A stretch of 63,817 nt of DNA, counting the filler, from Octopus bimaculoides (Eukaryota), in NCBI RefSeq assembly GCF_001194135.2. It is 8 parts of 8 records of this genome, joined end to end, with 100 filler letters (N's around TTAATTAATTAA, not from the genome) between each part and the next. Parts side by side here need not be neighbours in the genome. Positions count along the whole stretch, not along the records: positions 1 to 27,262 come from NC_069003.1; 7 more parts are not named here. One strand, 5' to 3'. The position numbers and the translations under genes are program-made. Within the stretch, counting starts at the first letter, position 1. Each line of letters starts with the position of its first letter. Positions 1 through 13,427 of this stretch are shown piece by piece. The notes beneath the pieces were generated by a model. It had not been told where the DNA came from, did no database searches, and was given only the letters and a program-made list of their open reading frames with translations.

Positions 1-53
<53 letters not shown>

Positions 54-996
54 ATGTAATTGTAAGATTGGAGGATCTAAGTGTAGGAAGTTTGTAAGCC
101 TCAAGCAATCTGTGGTAGGTATAAAAAACAATGTTCAGAAGCAATAATAGTTTATCGGTGTTGAAGGATGTTGGCTTTTTCCCATTTTGAAGTTTGATAA
201 GCTGGAAAAATTTATGTGTAGTTCACAGTTAGCAACAATGGTTGCTATGAATGTGAATAAAAATCTAAATTGAGGGAGTGGAACAGGTAAAACCCATGCT
301 TGGATACTCAGCTAGCTACTGATCATGCCAGAGATTCATATACTGGTTACATGGTTGCATTGGCGCTTGGGAATCCCAAGTTAATTCACTGAAGATGTAA
401 TTTGAAACTTACATCATGTGTGTGTGAGTGTATATATAATGCATGTGTGTATATATACATATATGTGTGTGTGTATAAATATATATATATGTATGTGTAT
501 ATATATATATGTATGTATNNNNNNNNNNNNNNNNNNNNNNNNNNNNNNNNNNNNNNNNNNNNNNNNNNNNNNNNNNNNNNNNNNNNNNNNNNNNNNNNNN
601 NNNNNNNNNNNNNNNNNNNNNNNNNNNNNNNNNNNNNNNNNNNNNNNNNNNNNNNNNNNNNNNNNNNNNNNNNNNNNNNNNNNNNNNNNNNNNNNNNNNN
701 NNNNNNNNNNNNNNNNNNNNNNNNNNNNNNNNNNNNNNNNNNNNNNNNNNNNNNNNNNNNNNNNNNNNNNNNNNNNNNNNNNNNNNNNNNNNNNNNNNNN
801 NNNNNNNNNNNNNNNNNNNNNNNNNNNNNNNNNNNNNNNNNNNNNNNNNNNNNNNNNNNNNNNNNNNNNNNNNNNNNNNNNNNNNNNNNNNNNNNNNNNN
901 NNNNNNNNNNNNNNNNNNNNNNNNNNNNNNNNNNNNNNNNNNNNNNNNNNNNNNNNNNNNNNNNNNNNNNNNNNNNNNNNNNNNNNATATATATAC

Positions 997-1159
997 AACG
1001 GGCTTCTTTCAGTTTCTGTCTACCAAATCCACTCACAAGGCTTTAGTTGGCCCAAGGCTATAGTAAAAGACAATTGCCCAAGGTGCCACACAGTGGGACT
1101 GAACCCAGAACCATGTGGTTGGTAAGCAAGCTACTTCCCACACAGCCACTCCTATGCCT
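997..1159 (-). mobile_element. SINE family A (tRNA-like head, internal microsatellite), 5' half
   Basis: Reverse complement of gtggctgtgtgg..ggttcagtcccact..ccttgtgagtggatttggtagac.gaaactgaaagaagccc. Confidence 0.85.
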
Positions 1160-1507
1160 AATCTCTGCGTATGATTAGACTTGGGAAGTTTATTCACACT
1201 GGCTTATAGTTCAATTCCCATATACTGCATTAATATTCCTTGCACTTTCCATTGCGTTGTTGATTTTATTGAACTCATAAAGCAAAATATGCCAAATATG
1301 CTCCTTTGTCACTTCCATTATAGCTTTGAAAAAATAATTGTTAAAATCGAACTGCACTCTTCAAAACATGCACTAAGGATAAAGACAAGGTAAAATTACT
1401 ACCTGCTTTTATAACAAGTGAATGCAGATAAGTTTATCCCATTCTCCTCCAACTTTTAGTTCATACAATTGAAAAAAACCCATTATTTATGAGATGATCC
1501 AACATAT

Positions 1508-1877
1508 ATATATAGAGAGATTGGACAAAATAATGGAAACACCTTAAAATTTCAAACAAATTTATTTTAATATAGGGTAGGACTACATTTGGCAATAATT
1601 ACATCTTGAATTCTATGAGGTATGGACTTGTACAAAGTTTGAATTGTTTCCAAAGGAATTTTTGTCCATTACTCAGCTAAAACAGTCTCCAGTTCTTGTA
1701 GTGATGATGGTGGACCATACCGACTCCTTATTTGTTTCTCTAAAATGCACCATAAATGTTCAATAATATTGAGATCTGGGGACTGTGGTGGCTAGATAAG
1801 ATGTTCAACTTCACTAGCATGTTCCTCGTGCCATTCAGTAACAACTTTAGCTGAATTGGTGCATTATCATCCTGAAA
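1508..1877 (-). mobile_element. Tc1-like (DD34E) transposase 3' remnant with terminal repeat
   Basis: Frameshifted FQDDNAPI..VTEWHEEHASEVEHLI..PQSPDLNIIEHLWCILEKQIRSRY; end resembles a Tc1 TIR (ttggacaaaataatggaaacacc). Confidence 0.75.
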
Positions 1878-2740
1878 NNNNNNNNNNNNNNNNNNNNNNN
1901 NNNNNNNNNNNNNNNNNNNNNNNNNNNNNNNNNNNNNNNNNNNNNNNNNNNNNNNNNNNNNNNNNNNNNNNNNNNNNNNNNNNNNNNNNNNNNNNNNNNN
2001 NNNNNNNNNNNNNNNNNNNNNNNNNNNNNNNNNNNNNNNNNNNNNNNNNNNNNNNNNNNNNNNNNNNNNNNNNNNNNNNNNNNNNNNNNNNNNNNNNNNN
2101 NNNNNNNNNNNNNNNNNNNNNNNNNNNNNNNNNNNNNNNNNNNNNNNNNNNNNNNNNNNNNNNNNNNNNNNNNNNNNNNNNNNNNNNNNNNNNNNNNNNN
2201 NNNNNNNNNNNNNNNNNNNNNNNNNNNNNNNNNNNNNNNNNNNNNNNNNNNNNNNNNNNNNNNNNNNNNNNNNNNNNNNNNNNNNNNNNNNNNNNNNNNN
2301 NNNNNNNNNNNNNNNNNNNNNNNNNNNNNNNNNNNNNNNNNNNNNNNNNNNNNNNNNNNNNNNNNNNNNNNNNNNNNNNNNNNNNNNNNNNNNNNNNNNN
2401 NNNNNNNNNNNNNNNNNNNNNNNNNNNNNNNNNNNNNNNNNNNNNNNNNNNNNNNNNNNNNNNNNNNNNNNNNNNNNNNNNNNNNNNNNNNNNNNNNNNN
2501 NNNNNNNNNNNNNNNNNNNNNNNNNNNNNNNNNNNNNNNNNNNNNNNNNNNNNNNNNNNNNNNNNNNNNNNNNNNNNNNNNNNNNNNNNNNNNNNNNNNN
2601 NNNNNNNNNNNNNNNNNNNNNNNNNNNNNNNNNNNNNNNNNNNNNNNNNNNNNNNNNNNNNNNNNNNNNNNNNNNNNNNNNNNNNNNNNNNNNNNNNNNN
2701 NNNNNNNNNNNNNNNNNNNNNNNNNNNNNNNNNNNNAAGG

Positions 2741-2860
2741 CAGCGGTGGTGGTGGTGTGGCGCTGGCAGTGGCGGTGGCGGTGGTGGTGGTGGTGGTGGT
2801 GCTGGTGCTGGTGCTGGTGGTGCTGGTGGTGGCAGCGGCGGCAGTGGTAGCAGGTGGAAG
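2741..2860. repeat. G-rich (GGT/GCT)n trinucleotide repeat
   Basis: Read directly. Confidence 0.85.
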
Positions 2861-3049
2861 GTAGTGTGAAACACTGACAGATGTAGTGCAAAACACTGTT
2901 GAATGCATGAACTATTATTGCTGATCAGTTCAATAAGGACTTTATGTAGAAAATATGACTAATAGTAATAAACTCTAGTAAGATGTACTTCTGTGAGAAC
3001 AATGATATGTATACATGCATACATACATACATATATACATACATAGGAG

Positions 3050-3345
3050 CATTCCATTGGCTAGACGAGAGTTACAGCTGATCCAGTCAATGGAACAGAT
3101 TGCTTGTGAAATTAACTTGCAAGTGGCTGAGCACTCCACAGACACATGCACCCTTAACGTAGTTCTCAGTGGGATTCAGTGTGACACAGAGTGTGACAAG
3201 GCTGGCCCTTTGAAATACAGGTACTACTCATTTTTGCCAGGTGAGTTGACTGGAAGAATATGAAATAAAGTGTCTTGCTCAAGGACACAAGGCGTCACCG
3301 GGAATTGAACTCACAACCTTACAATCATAAGCTGAATGCCCTACA
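3050..3345 (-). mobile_element. SINE family C copy
   Basis: Reverse-complement homologue of 18463-18782. Confidence 0.85.
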
Positions 3346-4816
3346 TACATACATACACATACATGTGTATATATATATGTATATATATATATGTATATCT
3401 CTCTCTCTCTCTCTCTCTCTNNNNNNNNNNNNNNNNNNNNNNNNNNNNNNNNNNNNNNNNNNNNNNNNNNNNNNNNNNNNNNNNNNNNNNNNNNNNNNNN
3501 NNNNNNNNNNNNNNNNNNNNNNNNNNNNNNNNNNNNNNNNNNNNNNNNNNNNNNNNNNNNNNNNNNNNNNNNNNNNNNNNNNNNNNNNNNNNNNNNNNNN
3601 NNNNNNNNNNNNNNNNNNNNNNNNNNNNNNNNNNNNNNNNNNNNNNNNNNNNNNNNNNNNNNNNNNNNNNNNNNNNNNNNNNNNNNNNNNNNNNNNNNNN
3701 NNNNNNNNNNNNNNNNNNNNNNNNNNNNNNNNNNNNNNNNNNNNNNNNNNNNNNNNNNNNNNNNNNNNNNNNNNNNNNNNNNNNNNNNNNNNNNNNNNNN
3801 NNNNNNNNNNNNNNNNNNNNNNNNNNNNNNNNNNNNNNNNNNNNNNNNNNNNNNNNNNNNNNNNNNNNNNNNNNNNNNNNNNNNNNNNNNNNNNNNNNNN
3901 NNNNNNNNNNNNNNNNNNNNNNNNNNNNNNNNNNNNNNNNNNNNNNNNNNNNNNNNNNNNNNNNNNNNNNNNNNNNNNNNNNNNNNNNNNNNNNNNNNNN
4001 NNNNNNNNNNNNNNNNNNNNNNNNNNNNNNNNNNNNNNNNNNNNNNNNNNNNNNNNNNNNNNNNNNNNNNNNNNNNNNNNNNNNNNNNNNNNNNNNNNNN
4101 NNNNNNNNNNNNNNNNNNNNNNNNNNNNNNNNNNNNNNNNNNNNNNNNNNNNNNNNNNNNNNNNNNNNNNNNNNNNNNNNNNNNNNNNNNNNNNNNNNNN
4201 NNNNNNNNNNNNNNNNNNNNNNNNNNNNNNNNNNNNNNNNNNNNNNNNNNNNNNNNNNNNNNNNNNNNNNNNNNNNNNNNNNNNNNNNNNNNNNNNNNNN
4301 NNNNNNNNNNNNNNNNNNNNNNNNNNNNNNNNNNNNNNNNNNNNNNNNNNNNNNNNNNNNNNNNNNNNNNNNNNNNNNNNNNNNNNNNNNNTATATATAT
4401 ATATATATATATATGCAAAGTATGGGGGTTTAGTTCACAGGTGATCTAAACGATTAGGAACACTCGGTAATAGGGGTCAGTAAGATAAAGGATGTGTGTA
4501 TGTGTGTGTGTGTGAAGGGGGATATATTCGTCTTGAGTCCTCTGCATCACTACCCCACCTCTTTTAATATGAGCTACCTTTTGTCAATTTTAGAAACAAA
4601 CATGACAAAATATGAGGTAGCCATTCGATAAAGAATAGTTTTGTGAATAATAATTGACTTGTATACGGGTCAAATAATGACAACAGCTTCTTTGTTGTGT
4701 TGTTGTTGTTATTGTTAAATAATTAAAATATGTGTAAGTAGATAAATATGAAATACTACACTACACCAACTGGTCGCATGTTCCACCTCACACATACACA
4801 TATACATGTGCACACG

Positions 4817-4847
<31 letters not shown>

Positions 4848-5074
4848 TGATAGAAAGGACAACAAAAGAAAGAAAGAGACCTTGATATTATGTAAATGCA
4901 CATGAAGTGGGAAAAATAGTACTCGAATACTGGAGGTAGAGTAATATGCAAAGACATCACAAAAACTGTTACTGTGAGTGTATGTGCTTGTATATGTGTG
5001 TGTGCGTGCCCTTCCTAAAACCAACCACTCCGAGAGTGTAGTGGATTCTTTTTACATGCTACCTGCAGAGGAGC

Positions 5075-5620
5075 CAGTCAGGCATTGATCATGTTTAGAT
5101 TGTGCTTTTTACATACCACCGGCATGGGAGCTTGTCACAGGGCACTGGCATCGACCATGTTCAGATGGTGCTCTTTATGTGCCACCAGCACGAGAGCCAG
5201 TCAGGCAGACCTGGAATCAACCACGTTTGGACAGTGCTTTTTATGTGCCACAAGCATGGGAGCCAGTCAGGNNNNNNNNNNNNNNNNNNNNNNNNNNNNN
5301 NNNNNNNNNNNNNNNNNNNNNNNNNNNNNNNNNNNNNNNNNNNNNNNNNNNNNNNNNNNNNNNNNNNNNNNNNNNNNNNNNNNNNNNNNNNNNNNNNNNN
5401 NNNNNNNNNNNNNNNNNNNNNNNNNNNNNNNNNNNNNNNNNNNNNNNNNNNNNNNNNNNNNNNNNNNNNNNNNNNNNNNNNNNAAGGCAGACCTGGAATC
5501 AACCACATTTGGACAGTGCTTTTTATGTGCCACAGGCATGGGAGCCAGTCAGGCAGACCTGGAATCAACCACGTTTGGACAGTGCTTTTTATGTGCCACA
5601 AGCATGGGAGCCAGTCAGGG
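5075..5620. repeat. 66-bp minisatellite (unit ggagccagtcaggcagacctggaatcaaccacgtttggacagtgctttttatgtgccacaagcatg), partly in a gap
   Basis: Near-identical units on both sides of gap 5272-5484, with more diverged outer copies. 22-codon periodicity is visible in the ORF track. Confidence 0.9.
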
Positions 5621-5624
5621 AGCA

Positions 5625-6790
5625 CTGGCCACACTCTGTCGTGTATGCACACTGATATTACACATCTAGCAGAGCATACTAGCTTCATTTCTTTTAAGCT
5701 TATGCATGTCCTCAGCAGTCATGGCCCATGTTTCACTGTCATGTGGCATGGTGGTTCACACACATATATCATACAGTCTACCTTTCATCCTGATCGAGAG
5801 GCCCTTAGTTTCCAGCAGAGCTAGGAGCTCCCTGAACTCTGCCCAGGCTATTCTTATTCTAGCAGCTACACTCTCAGAGCAACCAACCCCACTACAAACT
5901 TGGTCGCCTAGGTAGCAGAAGCTATCAACTACTTCTAGTCTTTCCCCCTGGCATGTGATGGAATCTGTTTTCTATACATCTTCAGTGTTTATTGCCCCTG
6001 TGCATCTGCCACACCAAAAAACTATTTTCCTGGTTAACCTTCCTTTGATATTGCTGCACCTTTTATGTGTCCATAGCTTACACCAGGTACATCGCATGGA
6101 GTTTCTACCCACACCTTTTCTACAGATCAAGCAGGGCCATCTACCTGATGGGGTTTCTGATTTGACAGCCTTCCTGCTTACTAAGACTTTGATTTTTGCT
6201 AGATTAACCATAAGGCCCTTTGATTCTAGACCTTGCTTCCACACCCTAAACTTCATCTCAGCTATTAGAGCAAGATAATCAGCATAGAGGAGCTCCCAGT
6301 CTGTCTTGAATTCCTCTGTTATTGCCTGGAGGACTATGATGAATAAGAGGGGACTAAGGACTGATCCTTGGTAAACCCCTACCTGGAATTCTTCACTATA
6401 CTTGTTGCCAGCCCTTACCTTACTGACAGCATCCCTGTACAGGGCTTGTACAGCTATTACCAACCACTCATCTATCCCCAGTTTCCACATTGACCACCAG
6501 ATAAGGGATCGGGGGATCCTGTCAAAGGCTTTCTCCAAGTCAACAAAAGCCAAGTACAGAGGTTTATCTTTGGCTATGTATTTCTCCTGCAGTTGCTTTA
6601 CCATAAATATAGCCTCAGTGGTGCTTCTGCCTGGCACAAAACCAAACTGCATCTCATCTAGGCTAACTCTCTCCCTAATTAGTTGGCTATGACCCTCTCT
6701 GTAACTTTCATCGCCTGATCCAATAATTTGATATCCCTGTAATTATTTCTATCTAAAGCATCACCTTTACCTTTGTAGCAGTTGACTATG
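5625..6790 (-). mobile_element. RTE-clade LINE fragment (reverse transcriptase and downstream thumb region), decayed
   Basis: ORF 5972-6652: QFGFVPGRSTTEAIF..LYLAFVDLEKAFDRIPR..GVYQGSVLSPLLFIIVL..LLYADYLAL. It continues past a break as VVDSFCYLGDQV..AARIRIAWAEFRELL..SETWAM. Confidence 0.9.
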
Positions 6791-6967
6791 GTGCTGCTAC
6801 ACCAGTCATTGGGTATGACTCCTTCGTTTTTGTGTATGTTCTTGTTCCACTTGCTTCATTCTGTTTATCTAATAACATAAGACAGTAATAAACGAGTGAA
6901 GAAACAAACATATAGTGCATGTGTTTATTTGGTAAAAAGAAAAATGACCATCCCAAAATACAACAGT

Positions 6968-7011
<44 letters not shown>

Positions 7012-7055
7012 CTCTTTGTTCTGATATCACATGGTAGTTGAAAAANNNNNNNNNN

Positions 7056-7107
<52 letters not shown>

Positions 7108-8927
7108 CTCTTTGTTCTGATATCACATGGTAGTTGAAAAATGATTGTTACTATCATACAAACAGCGTCATTCATTTCCAGTATTCTGTTATGAACTGGT
7201 CTGGACATAGAGAAATGTTGTATTGCTTAGAAACAGAAGGAGATTGGCAAGAGAAGTAGCATCTGGTCATAGAAAAATCTGACTCAAGGTCAAATAAAAC
7301 CCATGAAAACATAGAATTGTGAAATGTTAAAATGATGATATGGATGATGATGACAATATATGTTTAGTGATTGTAAGTCATGTCTATGACTTATATAGAC
7401 TCTCCCTCAACTAGTTTGATTGATATTATTGATGTACAGCCTAAACTTTCTGCAACTCAGCTAACGAAAAGGGAGGACATGGAAAAAAGGCCTGTTCATG
7501 GTCTCTTAACTTGCTAGAAATAACAGCCAAATTTTTATCAAAGTTATCTTACCATTACACATACCAAAAAAAAAAAATTGGTGGGGAAAGGATACATTAG
7601 GTAATAAGTGTAGATGCAGGTGTTTCTTAAAAAGTAGACAGCAGGGCTGGAATTACCTTTGATTATAGGTGAGTCTGTCTGTTCATTAGATAAGTTCTAT
7701 TAGATAAGTTCTGGGACTAGGCAACAACAAGCAGCAATGATAATAACAATTACAGCAGTAAGTAAAGAAACTAAAGTGTTTAAGGAGCTAACTCAACAAT
7801 ACTATTAGTGAGTTTCTATAGCAACAAAAAGTAACCAAGGTATCCTAGAGGAGTGCTATATTTTTATTATAAAAAAAACAAAACAGCACAAAAGAAGAAA
7901 AGAAGACGTTTGTCATTGGCCAGTGTGATTAACAAACAATAACAGCAATTCATGAAAATCGTTAACTGAAACAAATAAAACAATTAGATATGGTGAGATA
8001 AGAGGACTAAAAGAATAAAAATGGTTTTATGATGTAGTTAAAAGCGAGACAGAGTTGGGGGAGTGGCCAGGTGGGAGGAGATGATAATGTAAGGAACGGA
8101 AGTGGTGGACATACTGTCTAAAAGGTTAACCCTTTAAAATAGCCAAACAGCTTTTATCCATATAAACACACACACACACACACAAATGTAGATATATATA
8201 AACATATATACATATATATATATATATGTATGTATGTCTATATANNNNNNNNNNNNNNNNNNNNNNNNNNNNNNNNNNNNNNNNNNNNNNNNNNNNNNNN
8301 NNNNNNNNNNNNNNNNNNNNNNNNNNNNNNNNNNNNNNNNNNNNNNNNNNNNNNNNNNNNNNNNNNNNNNNNNNNNNNNNNNNNNNNNNNNNNNNNNNNN
8401 NNNNNNNNNNNNNNNNNNNNNNNNNNNNNNNNNNNNNNNNNNNNNNNNNNNNNNNNNNNNNNNNNNNNNNNNNNNNNNNNNNNNNNNNNNNNNNNNNNNN
8501 NNNNNNNNNNNNNNNNNNNNNNNNNNNNNNNNNNNNNNNNNNNNNNNNNNNNNNNNNNNNNNNNNNNNNNNNNNNNNNNNNNNNNNNNNNNNNNNNNNNN
8601 NNNNNNNNNNNNNNNNNNNNNNNNNNNNNNNNNNNNNNNNNNNNNNNNNNNNNNNNNNNNNNNNNNNNNNNNNNNNNNNNNNNNNNNNNNNNNNNNNNNN
8701 NNNNNNNNNNNNNNNNNNNNNNNNNNNNNNNNNNNNNNNNNNNNNNNNNNNNNNNNNNNNNNNNNNNNNNNNNNNNNNNNNNNNNNNNNNNNNNNNNNNN
8801 NNNNNNNNNNNNNNNNNNNNNNNNNNNNNNNNNNNNNNNNNNNNNNNNNNNNNNNNNNNNNNNNNNNNNNNNNNNNNNNNNNNNNNNNNNNNNNNNNNNN
8901 AAGAAAATGGATATAATAACAAGAGGA

Positions 8928-8964
<37 letters not shown>

Positions 8965-10530
8965 TCAATTAGATGTTGATAAGGTTCATTAATGGATAGT
9001 GATATCCAATGAATTACTGGTTCATTACCTGGTATTTGTTGTGAATATTAATTATGATACTCATAAATAATAGTAAATTAGATAAACCAAGATAAATAAG
9101 AAAATGGAGATGCATCAATTAATAAGTATATTTATTAATTGCAAAAAGAAACATGATCTCTAACAGCTGTTTAAAGATTATAATAAATCATTTTATAAAG
9201 CAGAATCTCATCAGAGGTAGAAAAAAAGATATACCAGTATATTATTAGTTGTTAAGTATATTGAACATTACAGCTGAGTATTGTTGTATGGATAAGTTTG
9301 GTATAAACCTTTTAAGGGGGACATAGGATGTACAATTAGTGGGAAAGTAAATATGTATTAATATACTCTAGATAATAGTTAAAAGGTATAGAAATATGTA
9401 ACAAATAGTAATTTACCCTGTATGAAAATATCATATTAATATTGGGGGTAAAAAAAACGTTAGCATCCTTTCAGGGTCGATAAATCAAGTACCAGTTGTG
9501 AACTGGGGTCGATCTAATTGACTGGCCCCCTCCCCCAAAATTTCAGGCCTTGTGCCTTGAATTAAAAAGAATATTGGAGTAAATATATTTATAGTTTATT
9601 ATTATAGAGATTAGTAATAAGTAGAAGTTATGAAGTCAAAATATTTATCCAGTAAATTAAATATGTATAATAAATATATGTAAAAATCCATGTAGTAATT
9701 ATATGCATAAAAAATTATATAAATAAGTAACTGTATGATTAATATATCAATATTTATATTAATACACAAAAGTACCTATCTTCAAATAATATTAATATAT
9801 TATTTGATTTTAATTTACAAACTAAAATTATAATTAAAAAAAGTACCACCACTTTGTTAAAACATTGACATACTAGAATACTTAAAAATGAGAGCCAGAA
9901 GTACCAATATAGCTAAAGTTTTATGCAAAGTAGAATAGTATATATGGTAGGCAAATTAATTGTGTAAAAAATAGGCATTGAGTCAAGACTAAGAATGTGA
10001 AGATTTGGCAATAACTCAGGCAAATTTTACTGTGAATTTGTTGTTATAGGTAGATTTTACTGTAATATATAACTAAATTTTGTATTATTCTATTTATTGT
10101 ACTAATTATGTACTACTATTATTTTTTATAACCTATTTTCAAATTTCTGATTATGAATTAATAATTAAAAAAATGAATTTCTTTAAAGTCAAAGAATATT
10201 TTAATTCAGTTATTTTTTTATTTTTAATAGAAGCAACAAGTAATAATAAATAGAAATAATAACTTGTAATAAAATTTTTAGTTTTAATAAAAGCTAATAT
10301 TTTCTAAATTTAAATATTTTATTTGAAATTTTATCCTTAGCTGCAATATTTTAAGTAAAAATGTTCTTGTTCTGTACTTCACCAAATGTAATAATTTGTC
10401 ATGAACTTTTCCAATTGTAATATAACTTGTCCTGTAATTTTCCGGGTTTATAATGTTAGGATATTATTTCTCTTGCTCGCATTTTTCCATGTAATTATAT
10501 ATCTGTATTTATTGCTGTATTTCAGAATGG

Positions 10531-10561
<31 letters not shown>

Positions 10562-11286
10562 NNNNNNNNNNNNNNNNNNNNNNNNNNNNNNNNNNNNNNN
10601 NNNNNNNNNNNNNNNNNNNNNNNNNNNNNNNNNNNNNNNNNNNNNNNNNNNNNNNNNNNNNNNNNNNNNNNNNNNNNNNNNNNNNNNNNNNNNNNNNNNN
10701 NNNNNNNNNNNNNNNNNNNNNNNNNNNNNNNNNNNNNNNNNNNNNNNNNNNNNNNNNNNNNNNNNNNNNNNNNNNNNNNNNNNNNNNNNNNNNNNNNNNN
10801 NNNNNNNNNNNNNNNNNNNNNNNNNNNNNNNNNNNNNNNNNNNNNNNNNNNNNNNNNNNNNNNNNNNNNNNNNNNNNNNNNNNNNNNNNNNNNNNNNNNN
10901 NNNNNNNNNNNNNNNNNNNNNNNNNNNNNNNNNNNNNNNNNNNNNNNNNNNNNNNNNNNNNNNNNNNNNNNNNNNNNNNNNNNNNNNNNNNNNNNNNNNN
11001 NNNNNNNNNNNNNNNNNNNNNNNNNNNNNNNNNNNNNNNNNNNNNNNNNNNNNNNNNNNNNNNNNNNNNNNNNNNNNNNNNNNNNNNNNNNNNNNNNNNN
11101 NNNNNNNNNNNNNNNNNNNNNNNNNNNNNNNNNNNNNNNNNNNNNNNNNNNNNNNNNNNNNNNNNNNNNNNNNNNNNNNNNNNNNNNNNNNNNNNNNNNN
11201 NNNNNNNNNNNNNNNNNNNNNNNNNNNNNNNNNNNNNNNNNNNNNNNNNNNNNNNNNNNNNNNNNNNNNNNNNNNNNNNNNNNNNN

Positions 11287-11322
<36 letters not shown>

Positions 11323-11335
11323 GTTGTATTTCAGA

Positions 11336-11645
11336 TGTGGCACCTTGGGCAAGTGTCTTCTACTATAGCCTCTGGCCGACCAAAGCCTTGTGAGTGGATT
11401 TGGTAGACGGAAACTGAGAGAGCCCGTCGTGTGTGTGTTTGTGGATCTGTGTTTGTCCACCACCGTTGCTTGACAACTGATGCTGGTGTGTTTACGTCCC
11501 CGTAACTTAGCCGTTCAGTAAAAGAGACCAATAGAATAAGTACTAGGCTTAAAAAGAATAAGTCCTACAGGTCGATTTGTTCAACTATAGGTGGTGCTCC
11601 AGCATGGCCATGGCCAAACGACTGAAACAAATAAAAGAATAAAAG
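11336..11645 (+). mobile_element. SINE family A copy, 5' end missing
   Basis: Core and tail (..ctccagcatggcc..actgaaacaaataaaagaat). Confidence 0.85.
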
Positions 11646-11664
11646 AATATATATATATACATGC

Positions 11665-12115
11665 AACTGTAAGATCAAGGAACTAGGTGTAAGAAGTTAG
11701 TATGCTTCAAGCAGTCTGTGATAGGTATAAGATAATAACATTCAGGAAGAATAATAATTAATTGGCGTTGAACGTTGTAGGTTTTTCCTATATCGAAGTT
11801 CGATGAGATGAAAAAATGTTTGTATAGCTCACAGTTACCTGCTTCAACTGCTATGAATGCCATGAAAGCGAATAATAACCAAAACTGAGGGAGTGGAGCA
11901 GGTAAAATCCAGGCTGTCTCCTAGCTAGCAGATCCTCGGAATTAATAATTACTCAACGAGGGGTACTTCACAAACTACTCATCAGACTGAAGATACCTAA
12001 ATTAAATGAAGGTCACATTGTCATTAAGGAATCCCAAGCTAACTCACCAGAGATATAAGTGGAGTAGCCCTCGTTACGTTATTATTACTTCTGAGGATCT
12101 GCTAGCTAGGAAACA
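11665..12115. repeat. Unclassified interspersed repeat (second copy at about 60-400) carrying a local inverted duplication
   Basis: Homologous to 60-400 (ag.tgtaggaag..tcaagca.tctgtg..ctgagggagtgga.caggtaaaa..gggaatcccaag); inverted arms at 11920-11970 and 12059-12110. Confidence 0.65.
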
Positions 12116-12183
12116 TAAGTAGACTGGATTTTACCTGTTCCATTCCCTCAATTTGGATATATATATATGTTTGTATGTATGTG

Positions 12184-12229
<46 letters not shown>

Positions 12230-12984
12230 TGTATGTATGTGTCATATATATATATGAGTATGCGAGTATTTTGCTAAGATTGTTAACAGATACTATATTC
12301 TTTTGCCAAATTTTTGGTGTAAAAAANNNNNNNNNNNNNNNNNNNNNNNNNNNNNNNNNNNNNNNNNNNNNNNNNNNNNNNNNNNNNNNNNNNNNNNNNN
12401 NNNNNNNNNNNNNNNNNNNNNNNNNNNNNNNNNNNNNNNNNNNNNNNNNNNNNNNNNNNNNNNNNNNNNNNNNNNNNNNNNNNNNNNNNNNNNNNNNNNN
12501 NNNNNNNNNNNNNNNNNNNNNNNNNNNNNNNNNNNNNNNNNNNNNNNNNNNNNNNNNNNNNNNNNNNNNNNNNNNNNNNNNNNNNNNNNNNNNNNNNNNN
12601 NNNNNNNNNNNNTAGTTGATAAAGGAACACAACCAGATGCACAATATCCTATGGGACAGATACAGGATGTGTCGAAATGATCATTGTGATGAATAAAGGT
12701 TCATATTAAATCCATCTTCCATTTCCTTTATCAACTATAAACTCAACAAACGCTGCGGATTTGCTGATGTAGATCCAGTGAAAATTATATTGTAACTGTG
12801 GATGAGACCAGGTAGCCTAAACGCTGACTGTGCTTTAATCAATCAACATGCTAATAGACATATACCTGAAGTTCAAATAGTTACATATATATAGATATAC
12901 ATTTTATACTTTTAATTTCATACATGTGGATTGTTTGTCTACACAGTATAGTCTACACAGTATTGTCTACACAGTATAGTCTAC

Positions 12985-13427
12985 ACAGTATAGTAGGGTC
13001 AGTTGGCCACCATCTGTGAGAAAAACAGTACCATGATGATGCAATTCACTCTGCCAGAAATTTGGAAACAACATGATGCATTGCTGGGCATTCATGCTGG
13101 AAGCTCCAATACAAACATTTCAGAGTGTTTGGGTGTCAATCTGAGGACAGTGCAATATGAGGACATGTACCGAGAGTGATAAAAATCAAATATCATCCAG
13201 TCAATATCACGGTGTTTGGAGTGATCACTAGTGATGGCAACATTATGCCTTCATTCATCTTCCCACACAGCCTCAGATTCAACACAGATGCCTACATCAA
13301 GTGCCTGGAGGAGGTAGTGCTGCCCTAGTTGAAGAGAGTGGCTGCTGGAAGACCCTATTTCTGGCAACAGGACTATGCACCATACCACACAAGCAGGAGA
13401 ACCCGGTCATGGCTGTCAGACAATTTC
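12985..13427 (+). mobile_element. maT/DD37D-like Tc1-mariner non-autonomous deletion derivative, copy 1
   Basis: HPVNITVFGVITSDGNIMPSFIFPHSLRFNTDAYIKCLEEVVLP*LKRVAAGRPYFWQQDYAPYHTSRRTRSWLSDNF; runs into a gap. Confidence 0.8.

Noticed and set aside
386-4449. Long ORFs full of X, YI/HT, poly-G/T/H (likewise at 8.1, 10.4, 13.3, 44.7, 50.6, 52.8, 55.1, 57.0 and 61.6 kb)
   Set aside because: Produced by N runs and di- or trinucleotide repeats.
5075-5620. Regular 66-bp repeats as a possible CRISPR-like array or repeat protein
   Set aside because: No unique spacers, eukaryotic context, and the unit derives from LINE 3' sequence; no start or splice context for coding.
6961-7140. Direct duplication of (TG)n-cctctttgttctgatatcacatggtagttgaaaa around a 10-N gap
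   Set aside because: Typical unmerged contig-end overlap.
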